Assembly (NCBI GenBank): GCA_040289515.1
Contig: PSLI01000001.1
Location: forward strand, 1-64,000
Reading direction: 5' to 3'
DNA: 64,000 nucleotides
From: Candidatus Sysuimicrobiota bacterium
Lineage (GTDB): Bacteria; Sysuimicrobiota; Sysuimicrobiia; Sysuimicrobiales; Sysuimicrobiaceae
The notes under the pieces: model-generated
Databases searched by the model: none
Seen by the model: only the letters and a program-made list of their open reading frames with translations
Told to the model about the DNA's origin: nothing
Part shown: positions 27,162 through 36,516 of the stretch, piece after piece
Layout of the letters: each line of letters starts with the position of its first letter
How positions within the stretch are numbered: the first letter of the stretch is position 1
Program-made: the position numbers and the translations under genes

Positions 27162-30100
27162 GTGTGGCTGACGCGCCTGTCGATCCGGCGGCCCGTCCTG
27201 GTCCTCATGGGGTGGGTGGCCCTGGGCGTGATGGGCCTCCGGTTGCTGGCGGGCATGCCCGTGGAGCTGCTGCCCAACATCGAGTTCCCCGTGGTGTCCA
27301 TCGTGACCCTGTACCCCGGGGCGGGGCCCCAGGAGGTGGAGAGTTCGGTCACCAAGCCCATCGAGGACGCGGTGGGTACCGTCTCGGGAGTGCGGGAAAT
27401 CCAGGCCACGAGCCAGGAGGCCCTGTCCTTGGTGCTGGTCCGGTTCGTCCTGGGCACAAACCTGGACGCGGCCACGGGGGCGGTGCGGGAGAAGCTGGAG
27501 GCGGTGCGGGCGCAGCTGCCCCGGGACGCGCAGGCGCCCGTGGTGCAGCGTTTCAGCTTCTCCGCGTTCCCCATCCTGTCCCTGTCGGTTACCAGCGACC
27601 TTCGCACGCCCCAACAGCTACGGGACCTGGTGGATAACCGGTTCCGCAGCCGCCTGGAGCAGGTACCCGGGGTGGCCAACGTGGAGGTGATCGGCGGTCA
27701 GGTGCGGGAGGTGCAGGTGGAGGTGGATCGGGACCGGCTGCAGGCCTACGGCCTCGGGCTGGCCCAGTTCACCGCGGCGCTGGTGCAGGAGAACCTCAAC
27801 GTGCCCGCGGGGTCCCTGCGGGAGGGTGGCCGCCAGCTGTCCGTGCGGGTCCTCGGGGAGTTCCGGAATGTGGGGGAGCTGCTGAACTTGCGGGTGGGCC
27901 TGCCCGGGGGAGGGTCCGTGCGGGTGGCAGACGTGGCGCGGGTACGGGACGGGGTGGCCGACCGCACGCAGCTGAGCCGCCTGAACGGTCGAGAGAGCGT
28001 GACCCTGCTGGTGCGGAAGGCCGCGGACGCCAACACCATCGCGGTGGCGGACGCGGCGAAGCGGGAGCTGGAGCGCCTGCGGCGCGCCTACCCGGACCTT
28101 TACGTGACGGTGGGCAACGACGCCTCGACCTTCACCCGAGAGGCGGTGAACGACGTCTTTCTGGCCCTGCTGCTGGGCGTGGTGCTGGCCTCGGCCATCG
28201 TGTTCCTGTTCCTGCACGACGCGGTGAACACCTTCATTGTGTTCCTGGCCATCCCCACCTCCCTGCTGGCCTCCTTCGTGGTGATCGCCCCCCTGGGGTT
28301 CACCCTTAACTTCTTCACCCTGCTGGGCCTGTCCTTGGCCATCGGGATCCTGGTGGATGACTCCATCGTGGTGCTGGAGAACATCCACCGCCACCTGGAG
28401 GGCGGGGAGCCGCCCGCGGAGGCCGCCCTGAACGGGCGCAGCGAGATCGGGCTGGCGGCGGTGGCCATCACCCTGGTGGATGTGGTGGTGTTCGTCCCCC
28501 TGGGGCTGTCGGGGGGCGTGTTCGGGCAGCTGCTGCGGCCCTTCGGTCTCACGGTGGCCACCGTCACCCTGTTCAGCCTGGGCGCCGCCTTCACCCTAAC
28601 CCCCATGCTGGCCGCCCGGTGGCTGCAGCGGCGCACGGGGCACGAACCCGTGCGGGGATGGTGGGCCCGCCTGTTCGCGCCCGTAGACCGCTTCTACGGG
28701 TGGCTGGACGCTCGGTACGAGGCCCTCCTGCGGTGGGCCCTGCGCCGCCGTGGAATTGTGGTGCTGCTGGGCATGCTGTCGGTGGCCGTCGTGTTCCCCC
28801 TGGCCGGCCGTTTGGGCTTCGAGTTCGTGCCCACCGTGGACCAGGGCGTGCTGTCGGTGCGGGTGGAGCTGCCCGAAGGTACCAGCCTGTCCCGCACCGC
28901 GGAGGTGGCCGCCCGCCTGGAGGAGGGGCTGCGGAGGGTCCCGGAGGTGGAGGACGTGATTGCCAACGTGGGGACCGCGGGGCAGTTCGCGGAGCGGGGT
29001 CCCCAGTACGCGAGCATGATCGTCCGGCTGAAGGAAGGTCGGCGCCGCCGCGACGTGGACATCCTGCGGGAGCTGCAGAACACCCCGGAGGCGTCTCAAA
29101 TCCCCGGCGCCCGGGTGGTGTACGCTGCCGCGCAGGTGGCGGGGCCCACCCGCCCCGTGGAGGTGCGGGTGCTGGGTGACGACGTGCAGCTGCTGGCGCG
29201 CATCGCGGACCGGATCGCGCAGCGGGTGCAGGCCGTGCCTGGGACCCGGTACGTGGACGTGAGCGTGCGCCTGGGGCGACCCGAGCTGCAGGTGCGTGTG
29301 GACCGGGAGCGGGCCAGCCTTTTGGGCCTGCCCACGGCGGCCGTCGCCGCCACCCTGCGGAATGCGGTGGAGGGAAGCACGGAGGCGAAGCTGCGCCTGG
29401 ACGGGGACGAGATCCCCGTGCGGGTACGCATGGCCCGCGGCGGCCGGCCCCTGCGGCCCTCGGACCTGCCTGACGTGCTGGTGGCCACGGTGGCAGGCCG
29501 CCCCGTGTACGTGCGGGATGTGGCGTGGGTGGAGCCTGCTACCGGTCCCACCCGGATCGACCGGCGCAACCGGCAACGGGTGGTCACGGTCACCGCCAAC
29601 CTGCAGCCCGGGGCTTTCGCGGGCAACGTGAACCAGCTGGTGGCCCGGGCGCTGGCGGATCTCCAGGTCCCCGGGGTCACCGTGGAGCTGGGGGGGCAGG
29701 CGGAGCAGATCGCGGAGGCGGGCGGGACTTTCGTGTTCGCCCTCGCCCTGGGCGTGGTGCTGGTGTACATTCTCCTGGCGGCGCTGTTCGAAAGCACCTT
29801 CACGCCGCTGTCCATCATGCTGGCGCTGCCGCTGGCGTGGGTGGGCGGTATTTTGGCCCTGCTGGCCACCGGCAAGAGCCTGTCCATGGTGAGTGCCATC
29901 GGCTTCATCCTGCTCACCGGACTGGTGATGAAAAACTCCATCCTCTTGGTGGACTACACCAACACCCTGCGGGCTCGGGGGCTGGAACGCACGGAGGCGG
30001 TCCTGCGGGCGGGCCCCACGCGGCTGCGCCCGGTGATCATGACCACCCTGTCCGTGGTCCTCGGGAGCCTCCCAGTGGCCCTGGAGTTCGGAAAGGGCTC

Positions 30101-30281
30101 GGAGCTGCGGTCAGCCCTGGCCTGGGCCGTCATCGGAGGCCTTACCTGGTCCACCCTGCTGACCCTGGTGGTGATTCCGGTTACGTACACCCTCCTGGAC
30201 GACCTGCGGGCTTGGGTGGTGCGGGGGGCAAGGCCCCGGGCGGTACAGAAGGGGGCTGTGGCGGAGGAGGCCGGGCGGTGA
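27162..30281 (+). CDS. RND efflux permease (AcrB/MdtC/SwrC type)
   Basis: 1039 aa. SIRRPV, YPGAGP.EVE, LVDDSIVVLEN, KNSILLVD, RLRPVIMTT. Confidence 0.95.
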   Translation: MWLTRLSIRRPVLVLMGWVALGVMGLRLLAGMPVELLPNIEFPVVSIVTLYPGAGPQEVESSVTKPIEDAVGTVSGVREIQATSQEALSLVLVRFVLGTNLDAATGAVREKLEAVRAQLPRDAQAPVVQRFSFSAFPILSLSVTSDLRTPQQLRDLVDNRFRSRLEQVPGVANVEVIGGQVREVQVEVDRDRLQAYGLGLAQFTAALVQENLNVPAGSLREGGRQLSVRVLGEFRNVGELLNLRVGLPGGGSVRVADVARVRDGVADRTQLSRLNGRESVTLLVRKAADANTIAVADAAKRELERLRRAYPDLYVTVGNDASTFTREAVNDVFLALLLGVVLASAIVFLFLHDAVNTFIVFLAIPTSLLASFVVIAPLGFTLNFFTLLGLSLAIGILVDDSIVVLENIHRHLEGGEPPAEAALNGRSEIGLAAVAITLVDVVVFVPLGLSGGVFGQLLRPFGLTVATVTLFSLGAAFTLTPMLAARWLQRRTGHEPVRGWWARLFAPVDRFYGWLDARYEALLRWALRRRGIVVLLGMLSVAVVFPLAGRLGFEFVPTVDQGVLSVRVELPEGTSLSRTAEVAARLEEGLRRVPEVEDVIANVGTAGQFAERGPQYASMIVRLKEGRRRRDVDILRELQNTPEASQIPGARVVYAAAQVAGPTRPVEVRVLGDDVQLLARIADRIAQRVQAVPGTRYVDVSVRLGRPELQVRVDRERASLLGLPTAAVAATLRNAVEGSTEAKLRLDGDEIPVRVRMARGGRPLRPSDLPDVLVATVAGRPVYVRDVAWVEPATGPTRIDRRNRQRVVTVTANLQPGAFAGNVNQLVARALADLQVPGVTVELGGQAEQIAEAGGTFVFALALGVVLVYILLAALFESTFTPLSIMLALPLAWVGGILALLATGKSLSMVSAIGFILLTGLVMKNSILLVDYTNTLRARGLERTEAVLRAGPTRLRPVIMTTLSVVLGSLPVALEFGKGSELRSALAWAVIGGLTWSTLLTLVVIPVTYTLLDDLRAWVVRGARPRAVQKGAVAEEAGR

Positions 30282-30562
30282 AGCTGGTGCTGGTGGTGTA
30301 CGAGGCCGGCGTGGACGACTCCGTCACCGAGCTGCTGAAGCAGCTGGCGCTTCCGGGCTGGACGAAGCTGGAAGGCGCGGTGGGGTTCGGCCGCAAGGGG
30401 CTGCGCCTGGGCACCCCCATCTGGCCCGGCACCAACCACGTGCTGTTCGCGGCCCTGGAAGAGGAGGCGGTGGCCGGTTTCCTGCAGGCCTTGGACCGGC
30501 TGAAGCAGGGCTACCGGAAGCCCCCGGCCATCCACACCTTCGTGCTGCCCCTGGAGGGTTGA
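30278..30562 (+). CDS. PII-like transporter-associated protein (PG0541 family-like)
   Basis: 94 aa overlapping the RND stop. GWTK..GAVGFG..G.RLGTPIWPGTN. Confidence 0.7.
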   Translation: MKLVLVVYEAGVDDSVTELLKQLALPGWTKLEGAVGFGRKGLRLGTPIWPGTNHVLFAALEEEAVAGFLQALDRLKQGYRKPPAIHTFVLPLEG

Positions 30563-31050
30563 AGGGGGTGCGGCGCCTGCTGGTGGTCGCTTTCCTGGTG
30601 GCTGTAGGCGCGGGTGTTCTGTACGCCCTGCGTCGGCCTCAGGGCTCCTTTCAGGAAGTGGTGGAGGTCTCCGGCACCATGGACGAACCCACCACGGGCG
30701 TGGCCCCGGTCTCCCGGCGGCAGCTGTCGCGTACGCGGTACGACCTGAATCGTCAGGGGATCACGCTGATCCTCACCACACCGTACGTGGACGAGGCGGA
30801 ACGGGCTTCCCGGGTGGGGCGGTTGCACGGGGGCCGGCTGGTGGCCTGCGACGACCCGCCGCGGCTGCGGGCGGCCCTACCCGGGGTGGTGGTAGAGGTG
30901 CCCTCACACACTCCGTGACGGTCATCCGCGGCATCTACATCAAGGGGGCGGGGCTGGAGCACCTGTGGCCGACCGTGCTGGCCCTGCTGGGCCTGGGCAC
31001 CGTAGCGTTCGCGGCGGCGGTGGTCCCCTTCCAAAAGAAGCTGGACGAAC
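30559..31050 (+). pseudogene. Collapsed relic of a ybhG-ybhF-ybhR-type ABC exporter operon
   Basis: Adaptor N-terminus (TM...VEVSGT) fused to an ATPase second half (DEPTTGV, TTPYVDEAER), then an ABC-2 permease C-terminus (IRGIYIKGAGLEHLWP...FQKKLD). Confidence 0.75.
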
Positions 31051-31114
31051 CCCGTACTTCCCCGCAACCGCTACCCTTGTGGGTGGACACGCGGACATTT
31101 CGGGAGGTGTCAGG

Positions 31115-31498
31115 GTGGCGGACAAGGAGGTCGTGTTCACTGAGGAGGCGCCCCGGGCCATCGGTCCCTACTCGCAGGCGGTGAAGGCCGGGGGGTTCGT
31201 GTTCGTGTCGGGCCAGATCGCCCTCGACCCCAAGACGGGCCAGCTGATCCTGGGGGACGCGCGGCTGCAGGCGCGGCGGGCCCTGGAGAACCTGCGGGCG
31301 ATCCTGGAAGCGGCGGGTTCCTCCCTGGACAAGGTGGTGCGCACCACCGTGTACCTGAAGGATCTCAACGACTTCAACGCGGTCAACGAGGAGTACACCC
31401 TGTTCTTCCGGGACGCGCGGCCCGCCCGGGTCACGGTTCAGGTGGCCAAGCTACCCCAGGATGCCCTGGTGGAGATCGACGCCATCGCGCTCGCGTGA
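31115..31498 (+). CDS. ridA: RidA/YabJ reactive imine deaminase
   Basis: APRAIGPYSQAV, FVSGQIALDP, RPARVTV, VEIDAIA. Confidence 0.95.
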   Translation: MADKEVVFTEEAPRAIGPYSQAVKAGGFVFVSGQIALDPKTGQLILGDARLQARRALENLRAILEAAGSSLDKVVRTTVYLKDLNDFNAVNEEYTLFFRDARPARVTVQVAKLPQDALVEIDAIALA

Positions 31499-31584
31499 GG
31501 CCCACTGTCTGGCGTCCGCGCCACGGGCTCCGGCCGTCCGGCGCGGGGACGCACGCGGCGGACGGTGGTAGAATGGCCCGGGAC

Positions 31585-31658
31585 TGGGGGGTCGTCTAGC
31601 GGTAGGACTCCGGACTTTGGATCCGGCGACCCAGGTTCGAATCCTGGCCCCCCAGCCA
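31585..31658 (+). tRNA. tRNA-Gln(TTG)
   Basis: Acceptor TGGGGGG/CCCCCCA, anticodon arm CCGGA-CTTTGGA-TCCGG, TTCGAAT loop, encoded CCA. Extended -10 TGGTAGAAT at 31566. Confidence 0.96.
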
Positions 31659-31730
31659 GCAGGACTACCTTTCCTGTGTTGCGAATTCACTTTCCACCGG
31701 GGCGGAAGCACACAACCTCGGAGGTGTTCC

Positions 31731-32756
31731 ATGAAGCTCATCCGCGTGGCGGTGCTCGTTTTGCTGTTGAGCTGGGCCGCTGCGGGAACCGTCACGGCCC
31801 AGTATAAGCCGGAGTTCAAGCTGAGCGTGGTGGTGGGGCCTGCCGGCCCGTGGGGGGAGGCGGCCACCCGGTTCTCGGAGCTGCTGCGCCAGAGGACGCA
31901 GGGTCGCATCCAGGTGAAGCCCTACTTCGCGGGGCAGTTGTTCGCAGGCCGGCAGACCACGGAGTTCCTCCTCCTGGTGCAGGGGGTAGCGGACTTCGCC
32001 ATCGGGTCCACCATCAACTGGTCCCCCCAGGGGAAGGAGCTGAACCTGTTCTCTCTCCCCTTCCTGTTCCCCGGCGATCGGGCCTACCGGGCGCTGGACG
32101 CGGTTCAACAAAGCGAGGTGGGCGAGCGGCTGTTTCGCCTCATTGAGTCCAAGGGCGTGGTGCCCCTGGCCTGGGGGGAGAACGGATTCCGCCAGCTCAC
32201 CAACTCCGTCCGCCCCGTGCGCAAGCCGGCGGACCTACAGGGGCTCAAGATCCGGGTAGTGGGGTCGCCCATCTTCATCGACATCTTCCGGTTTCTGGGG
32301 GCGAACCCGGTCAGCATGAACTGGGCCGAGGCCCAGACGGCCTTCGCGCAGGGCACGGTGGACGGTCAGGAGAACCCCATCAACTCCGTGATCATCCCCT
32401 TCAAGCTGTGGACCACCCAGAAGTACGTGACCGTGTGGAACTACGTGGTGGACCCCCTCATCCTCGGCATGTCCAAGCAGGCGTGGGACATCCTGTCGCC
32501 GCAGGACCGGGAGATCGTGCGCAGCACGGCGCGGGATGTCATGGCCCGGCAGAAGCAGGAGGCCCGGGCGGGCCTGGTGGGCTCCGTGGAAGCCCTGGAG
32601 ACCCTGCGGAGGAACGGCATGGAGGTGGTGGTGCTGACCCCCGAGGAGGTGGAGGCCTTCCGACAGGCCACCCTGCCTGTGTACCGGAAGTGGAAGCAGG
32701 AGATCGGCCGGACTCTGGTGGAGGCTGCGGAGAAGGTCATCCAGAACACTCGCTGA
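31731..32756 (+). CDS. dctP: TRAP transporter substrate-binding protein
   Basis: Signal peptide, WGENGFRQ, GLKIRV, VDGQENP. Confidence 0.93.
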   Translation: MKLIRVAVLVLLLSWAAAGTVTAQYKPEFKLSVVVGPAGPWGEAATRFSELLRQRTQGRIQVKPYFAGQLFAGRQTTEFLLLVQGVADFAIGSTINWSPQGKELNLFSLPFLFPGDRAYRALDAVQQSEVGERLFRLIESKGVVPLAWGENGFRQLTNSVRPVRKPADLQGLKIRVVGSPIFIDIFRFLGANPVSMNWAEAQTAFAQGTVDGQENPINSVIIPFKLWTTQKYVTVWNYVVDPLILGMSKQAWDILSPQDREIVRSTARDVMARQKQEARAGLVGSVEALETLRRNGMEVVVLTPEEVEAFRQATLPVYRKWKQEIGRTLVEAAEKVIQNTR

Positions 32757-32767
32757 CCGCGGGCCTC

Positions 32768-33250
32768 ATGCCACCTGGGTTGATCCGCCGGCTGATGGAT
32801 CGGGCCGAGGAGCTGCTCCTGGTGGCTCTCTTTGTCCTCATGTTCGTCATCTCCTTCGCGAACGTGGTGGCGCGCTACTTTCTGCGGTTCGCCCTCGCGT
32901 TCACAGAGGAGATGGTGCTGGCGGCCTTCGTGTGGGCCACCCTGTTGGGTACTGCCACCGTCGTGCGCCGCGGCGCGCAGCTGGCCTTTACCTTTCTCGT
33001 GGATCGAGGAAGTCGGCCAACCCGGCGGCTGGCCCTGTGGCTGTCCTCCACCGCCACCGTGGTCGTCTTCGGGGCTCTGGCGTACTACGGGGTGCAGCAG
33101 GTAGAGCTGGAGCGCCGCCTGGGCTTCACCACGGAGGCGCTGGCGCTGCCGCAATGGTGGTACACGGCCGGGGTCCCCGCCTTCGCCGTGTGGGTGGTGT
33201 TCCGCGTCCTGCAGGCCGCGTGGGAGCTGGACCGAACCCTTCGCGCATGA
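32768..33250 (+). CDS. dctQ: TRAP transporter small permease
   Basis: NVVARY, FTEE, 4 TM segments. Confidence 0.9.
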   Translation: MPPGLIRRLMDRAEELLLVALFVLMFVISFANVVARYFLRFALAFTEEMVLAAFVWATLLGTATVVRRGAQLAFTFLVDRGSRPTRRLALWLSSTATVVVFGALAYYGVQQVELERRLGFTTEALALPQWWYTAGVPAFAVWVVFRVLQAAWELDRTLRA

Positions 33251-34527
33251 CCGCTGTCGCTTTCTTTGGCGCGTTCCTGGTCCTGCTTCTGGTGGGCGTC
33301 CCCATCGCAGCCGCCCTGGGCGTGGCCAGCCTGGCGTTCCTGTGGACGCACCCCTTGGGTGTGCAGGTGATGGCGGCCAACGTGTACTCCAACATCGCCA
33401 AGTTCCCCCTGCTGGCCATCCCGTTTTTCATCCTGGCGGGGTACGTGCTCGACCGGGTGGGGGTGTCGCGGCGGCTCGTGGACTTGCTCAGCCTGCTGGT
33501 GGGCCCGGTGCCGGGGGGGCTCGCCCTGGTGGCGATCGGTGGGTGCGTCCTGTTCGGCGCCATCTCAGGGACCGGGCCCGCGGACACCGCGGCGATCGGC
33601 ACCATCATGATCCCTGCCATGATCCGGCGTGGGTACGACCCCGCCTTTGCGGCCGCGGTGGTGGCCGCTGCGGCCACCACGGACGTCCTCATTCCGCCCA
33701 GCGTGGCCTTCGTGGTGTACGGGGTGATCACGGACACGTCCGTGCCGCGTCTGTTCGCCGCAGGCGTGGTGCCGGGGCTGCTCATGGGGTTGGCTTTGCT
33801 GGCTCCCGCGTACCTCATCAGCCGACAGAAAGGGTGGGGCGGGGCCCGGTGGGGGAACGTGCAGGAGATCCTGCGGGCCCTGTGGGACGCCAAGTGGGGC
33901 CTGCTGGCCCCGGTGGTGATCCTGGGCGGGATCTACAGCGGCATGTTCACGCCCACGGAAGCCGCGATGGTGGGAGTGGCCTACGGGCTGTTCCTGGGGT
34001 TGGTCGTGCTGCGCAACGTGACCCTGCACGACCTGTTCGAGACCTTCCGGGAGGCGGCGGTGGCCTCGGCGGTGGTGATGAGCGTGGTGGCGTTCGCCGG
34101 CCTGTACTCCTGGACGGGCGCCACTCTCGGTGTCCTGGACCAGGCGGCGCGCGCCGTGACCCGCTTCACCGACAGTGCGGTGGTCCTGCTGTTGCTGCTC
34201 AACGTGCTGTTCCTCCTTGCCGGAATGGTCCTGGACGCCATCTCCATCTTTTACGTGTTCGTCCCCATTCTGCTGCCCGTGATGGCCAAGTTCGGGTGGG
34301 ACCCCGTTTGGTTCGGGGTGGTCATGGCGGTCAACCTGTCCATCGGGACGCTCACCCCGCCAGTGGCTCTGAACCTGTACGTCGCTTCCCACATCGCCCG
34401 CGTGTCGGTGGGCCGAATCGCGCGCGCGGCCCTGCCCTTCGTGGCTTGCCTGGTGGCGGTGCTGCTGGTCCTCACCTACTGGCCGGGCCTGGTGCTGTGG
34501 TTTCCCAACGCGGTCGGGGTGCGCTAG
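33247..34527 (+). CDS. dctM: TRAP transporter large permease
   Basis: LLAIPFFILAG, ISGTGPADTAA, LIPPS, FTPTEAA, TPPV. Confidence 0.94.
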   Translation: MTAVAFFGAFLVLLLVGVPIAAALGVASLAFLWTHPLGVQVMAANVYSNIAKFPLLAIPFFILAGYVLDRVGVSRRLVDLLSLLVGPVPGGLALVAIGGCVLFGAISGTGPADTAAIGTIMIPAMIRRGYDPAFAAAVVAAAATTDVLIPPSVAFVVYGVITDTSVPRLFAAGVVPGLLMGLALLAPAYLISRQKGWGGARWGNVQEILRALWDAKWGLLAPVVILGGIYSGMFTPTEAAMVGVAYGLFLGLVVLRNVTLHDLFETFREAAVASAVVMSVVAFAGLYSWTGATLGVLDQAARAVTRFTDSAVVLLLLLNVLFLLAGMVLDAISIFYVFVPILLPVMAKFGWDPVWFGVVMAVNLSIGTLTPPVALNLYVASHIARVSVGRIARAALPFVACLVAVLLVLTYWPGLVLWFPNAVGVR

Positions 34528-34532
34528 CCGCC

Positions 34533-34561
34533 TTGACCGGAGGTGGTGGCGAACCTACAAT
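34533..34561 (+). promoter_or_regulatory. Sigma70 promoter of the tRNA-Tyr/Gly pair
   Basis: TTGACC-17 nt-TACAAT, 11 nt before the tRNA. Confidence 0.75.
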
Positions 34562-34572
34562 CGCAGGTGGTT

Positions 34573-34659
34573 GGGCGGGTGCCCGAGCGGACAAAGGGGG
34601 CTGACTGTAGATCAGCTGGCGGAATGCCTTCGGAGGTTCGAATCCTTCCCCGCCCACCA
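34573..34659 (+). tRNA. tRNA-Tyr(GTA)
   Basis: Acceptor GGGCGGG/CCCGCCC, arm GCTGA-CTGTAGA-TCAGC, long variable arm, discriminator A plus CCA. Confidence 0.95.
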
Positions 34660-34668
34660 CTTCCGTGG

Positions 34669-34742
34669 GCGGGAGTAGCTCAATGGTAGAGCCCCAGCCT
34701 TCCAAGCTGGTGGTGCGGGTTCGATTCCCGTCTCCCGCTCCA
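34669..34742 (+). tRNA. tRNA-Gly(TCC)
   Basis: GCGGGAG/CTCCCGC, CCAGC-CTTCCAA-GCTGG, TTCGATT, TCCA end. Confidence 0.97.
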
Positions 34743-34822
34743 CCTTCGCTTCCCAGACACCGGGAGGGCACCCGGTAACGCGGACACACGCCCTGGCGGA
34801 GCGGTTTTGGGGGGAGGCTGGG

Positions 34823-35548
34823 ATGCCACTTCGAACGTTTACGACCTGGACGTTGCTCGCCCTCGGGGGGCTCCTGGCAGCGGCTCCGGCCCCCGCGAAC
34901 GAAGCCCTGTTGCGGCAGGCCATCGCCAGCTTCTTCCGGGACGCCCGCGTCCTGCGGCTGGACGCGGTCCCGGACCTGTACGAGGGAGGGTACGCCCGGG
35001 TCAGCGTGTACGCTGCGGGGGCCACCCTGTCCGGGGGCTTTCGGGTGGATGAGGCGTGGGTGCGACTGGTGGGGGCCAGCTTCAACCCACAGGCCCTGCG
35101 CCGCGGACAGTTCCAGGTGGACAGCGTCCGCGACACAGCCCTGCATATGCGGGTGAGCTTCGACAGCCTGGAGCGGTACTTCTCGGAGCTGACGGCGGGC
35201 CAGCGGGTGCGCCTGTGGAGCGAGCGTGGGTACGTGCACGGTCGCGGCGTGGTGCCCCTGTGGGGTCCGGAGGTCCCCGTGGAGCTGCGGGGCGTGTTCG
35301 CGGTGGACGGAGGGCCGGAGCTATATTTCCGGCTGGACCGCCTGCGGGTGAGCGGCCTACCGGTCCCGGAGCCCGTGGTAAAGCAGCTGGAGCGACGCTT
35401 CAACCCCGTCCTCACCCAGAAGGACTGGCCGGTGCGGTTCAAGCTGCGGGCGGTCCTCACGCAGCCCGCAGACCTGGTGGTGACGAGCCAGCCCGGAGCC
35501 AGCTGCAGGATCTGCGCGGACTTCCCGTCCCCAACCTCCGGCCCCTGA
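34823..35548 (+). CDS. Secreted hypothetical protein, possibly DUF2993/LmeA-like
   Basis: SD GGAGG, signal peptide (APA-NE), beta-rich mature region. The family is a resemblance only. Confidence 0.6.
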   Translation: MPLRTFTTWTLLALGGLLAAAPAPANEALLRQAIASFFRDARVLRLDAVPDLYEGGYARVSVYAAGATLSGGFRVDEAWVRLVGASFNPQALRRGQFQVDSVRDTALHMRVSFDSLERYFSELTAGQRVRLWSERGYVHGRGVVPLWGPEVPVELRGVFAVDGGPELYFRLDRLRVSGLPVPEPVVKQLERRFNPVLTQKDWPVRFKLRAVLTQPADLVVTSQPGASCRICADFPSPTSGP

Positions 35549-35655
35549 GCACTCCGGCGTAGCGGGCGATGCCACGGTTCGTGTGCTAAGGTAGGGGCCG
35601 GTTGCCCGCGCAGGGTTCGCAACGCCTGAACACGGTATCGACGGAGGAACCCGCC

Positions 35656-36516
35656 ATGGGGGAGGTGCTGGACGGCCGCGCGCTGGCCGCGCGGATTCGC
35701 GAGGAGGTGCGCCGGGAGGTGGAAGCCTTTGCGGCCCGCCACGGCATCCGGCCGTCCCTCGCCGCCATCCTGGTGGGGGACGAGCCTGCCTGCGCCCTGT
35801 ACGTGCGCAACAAGGCCCGTGCCGCGGGACAAGCCGGCATCCGCTCGGAGACCTTCCACCTCCCCGCCCGCACTTCTCAGGTGGAGCTACTGGAGCTGGT
35901 GGACCAGCTGAACGAGCGGGAGGACGTGCACGGGATCCTCCCCCAGTTGCCCCTGCCGGAGCACCTGGACCCGCAGGCGGTGTTCGACCGCCTAGACCCC
36001 CGCAAGGACGTGGACGGGCTCAGCCCGTACAACGTGGGGCGCCTGGTCCTGGGCCGGCCCGCCCTGGTTCCCTGCACCCCCCTGGGGATCCTGGAGCTGG
36101 TGCGGGCCACAGGGGTCGAGTTGAAAGGCAAGCGGGCCGTGGTGGTGGGCCGCAGCAACCTGGTGGGCAAGCCTACGGCTCTGCTGCTGCTGGCCGAGCA
36201 CGCCACGGTGACCGTGTGCCACTCGCGCACCCGGGACCTGGCTACCCACACCCGGGAAGCGGACGTTCTGGTGGTGGCCGCGGGCAGGCCGCACCTGGTG
36301 ACCGCGGACATGGTGAAGCCGGGTGCCGTGGTGGTGGACGTGGGCATCACGCGGGAGGAGGGTGGGATCGTGGGCGACGTGGACTTCGCGGGGGTGCAGG
36401 CGGTGGCGGGCTGGATCACCCCTGTGCCGGGCGGGGTGGGGCCCATGACGGTGGCCATGCTCCTGCGAAACACCCTGCAGGCAGCCCGGCTGCAGCTGGA
36501 AGGAGGGGCGCCGTGA
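35656..36516 (+). CDS. folD: Methylene-THF dehydrogenase/cyclohydrolase
   Basis: [39 protein letters not shown]. Confidence 0.97.
   Translation: MGEVLDGRALAARIREEVRREVEAFAARHGIRPSLAAILVGDEPACALYVRNKARAAGQAGIRSETFHLPARTSQVELLELVDQLNEREDVHGILPQLPLPEHLDPQAVFDRLDPRKDVDGLSPYNVGRLVLGRPALVPCTPLGILELVRATGVELKGKRAVVVGRSNLVGKPTALLLLAEHATVTVCHSRTRDLATHTREADVLVVAAGRPHLVTADMVKPGAVVVDVGITREEGGIVGDVDFAGVQAVAGWITPVPGGVGPMTVAMLLRNTLQAARLQLEGGAP

Noticed and set aside
35549..35655. THF or ZMP/ZTP riboswitch before folD
   Set aside because: The region is short and lacks the conserved cores of either aptamer.
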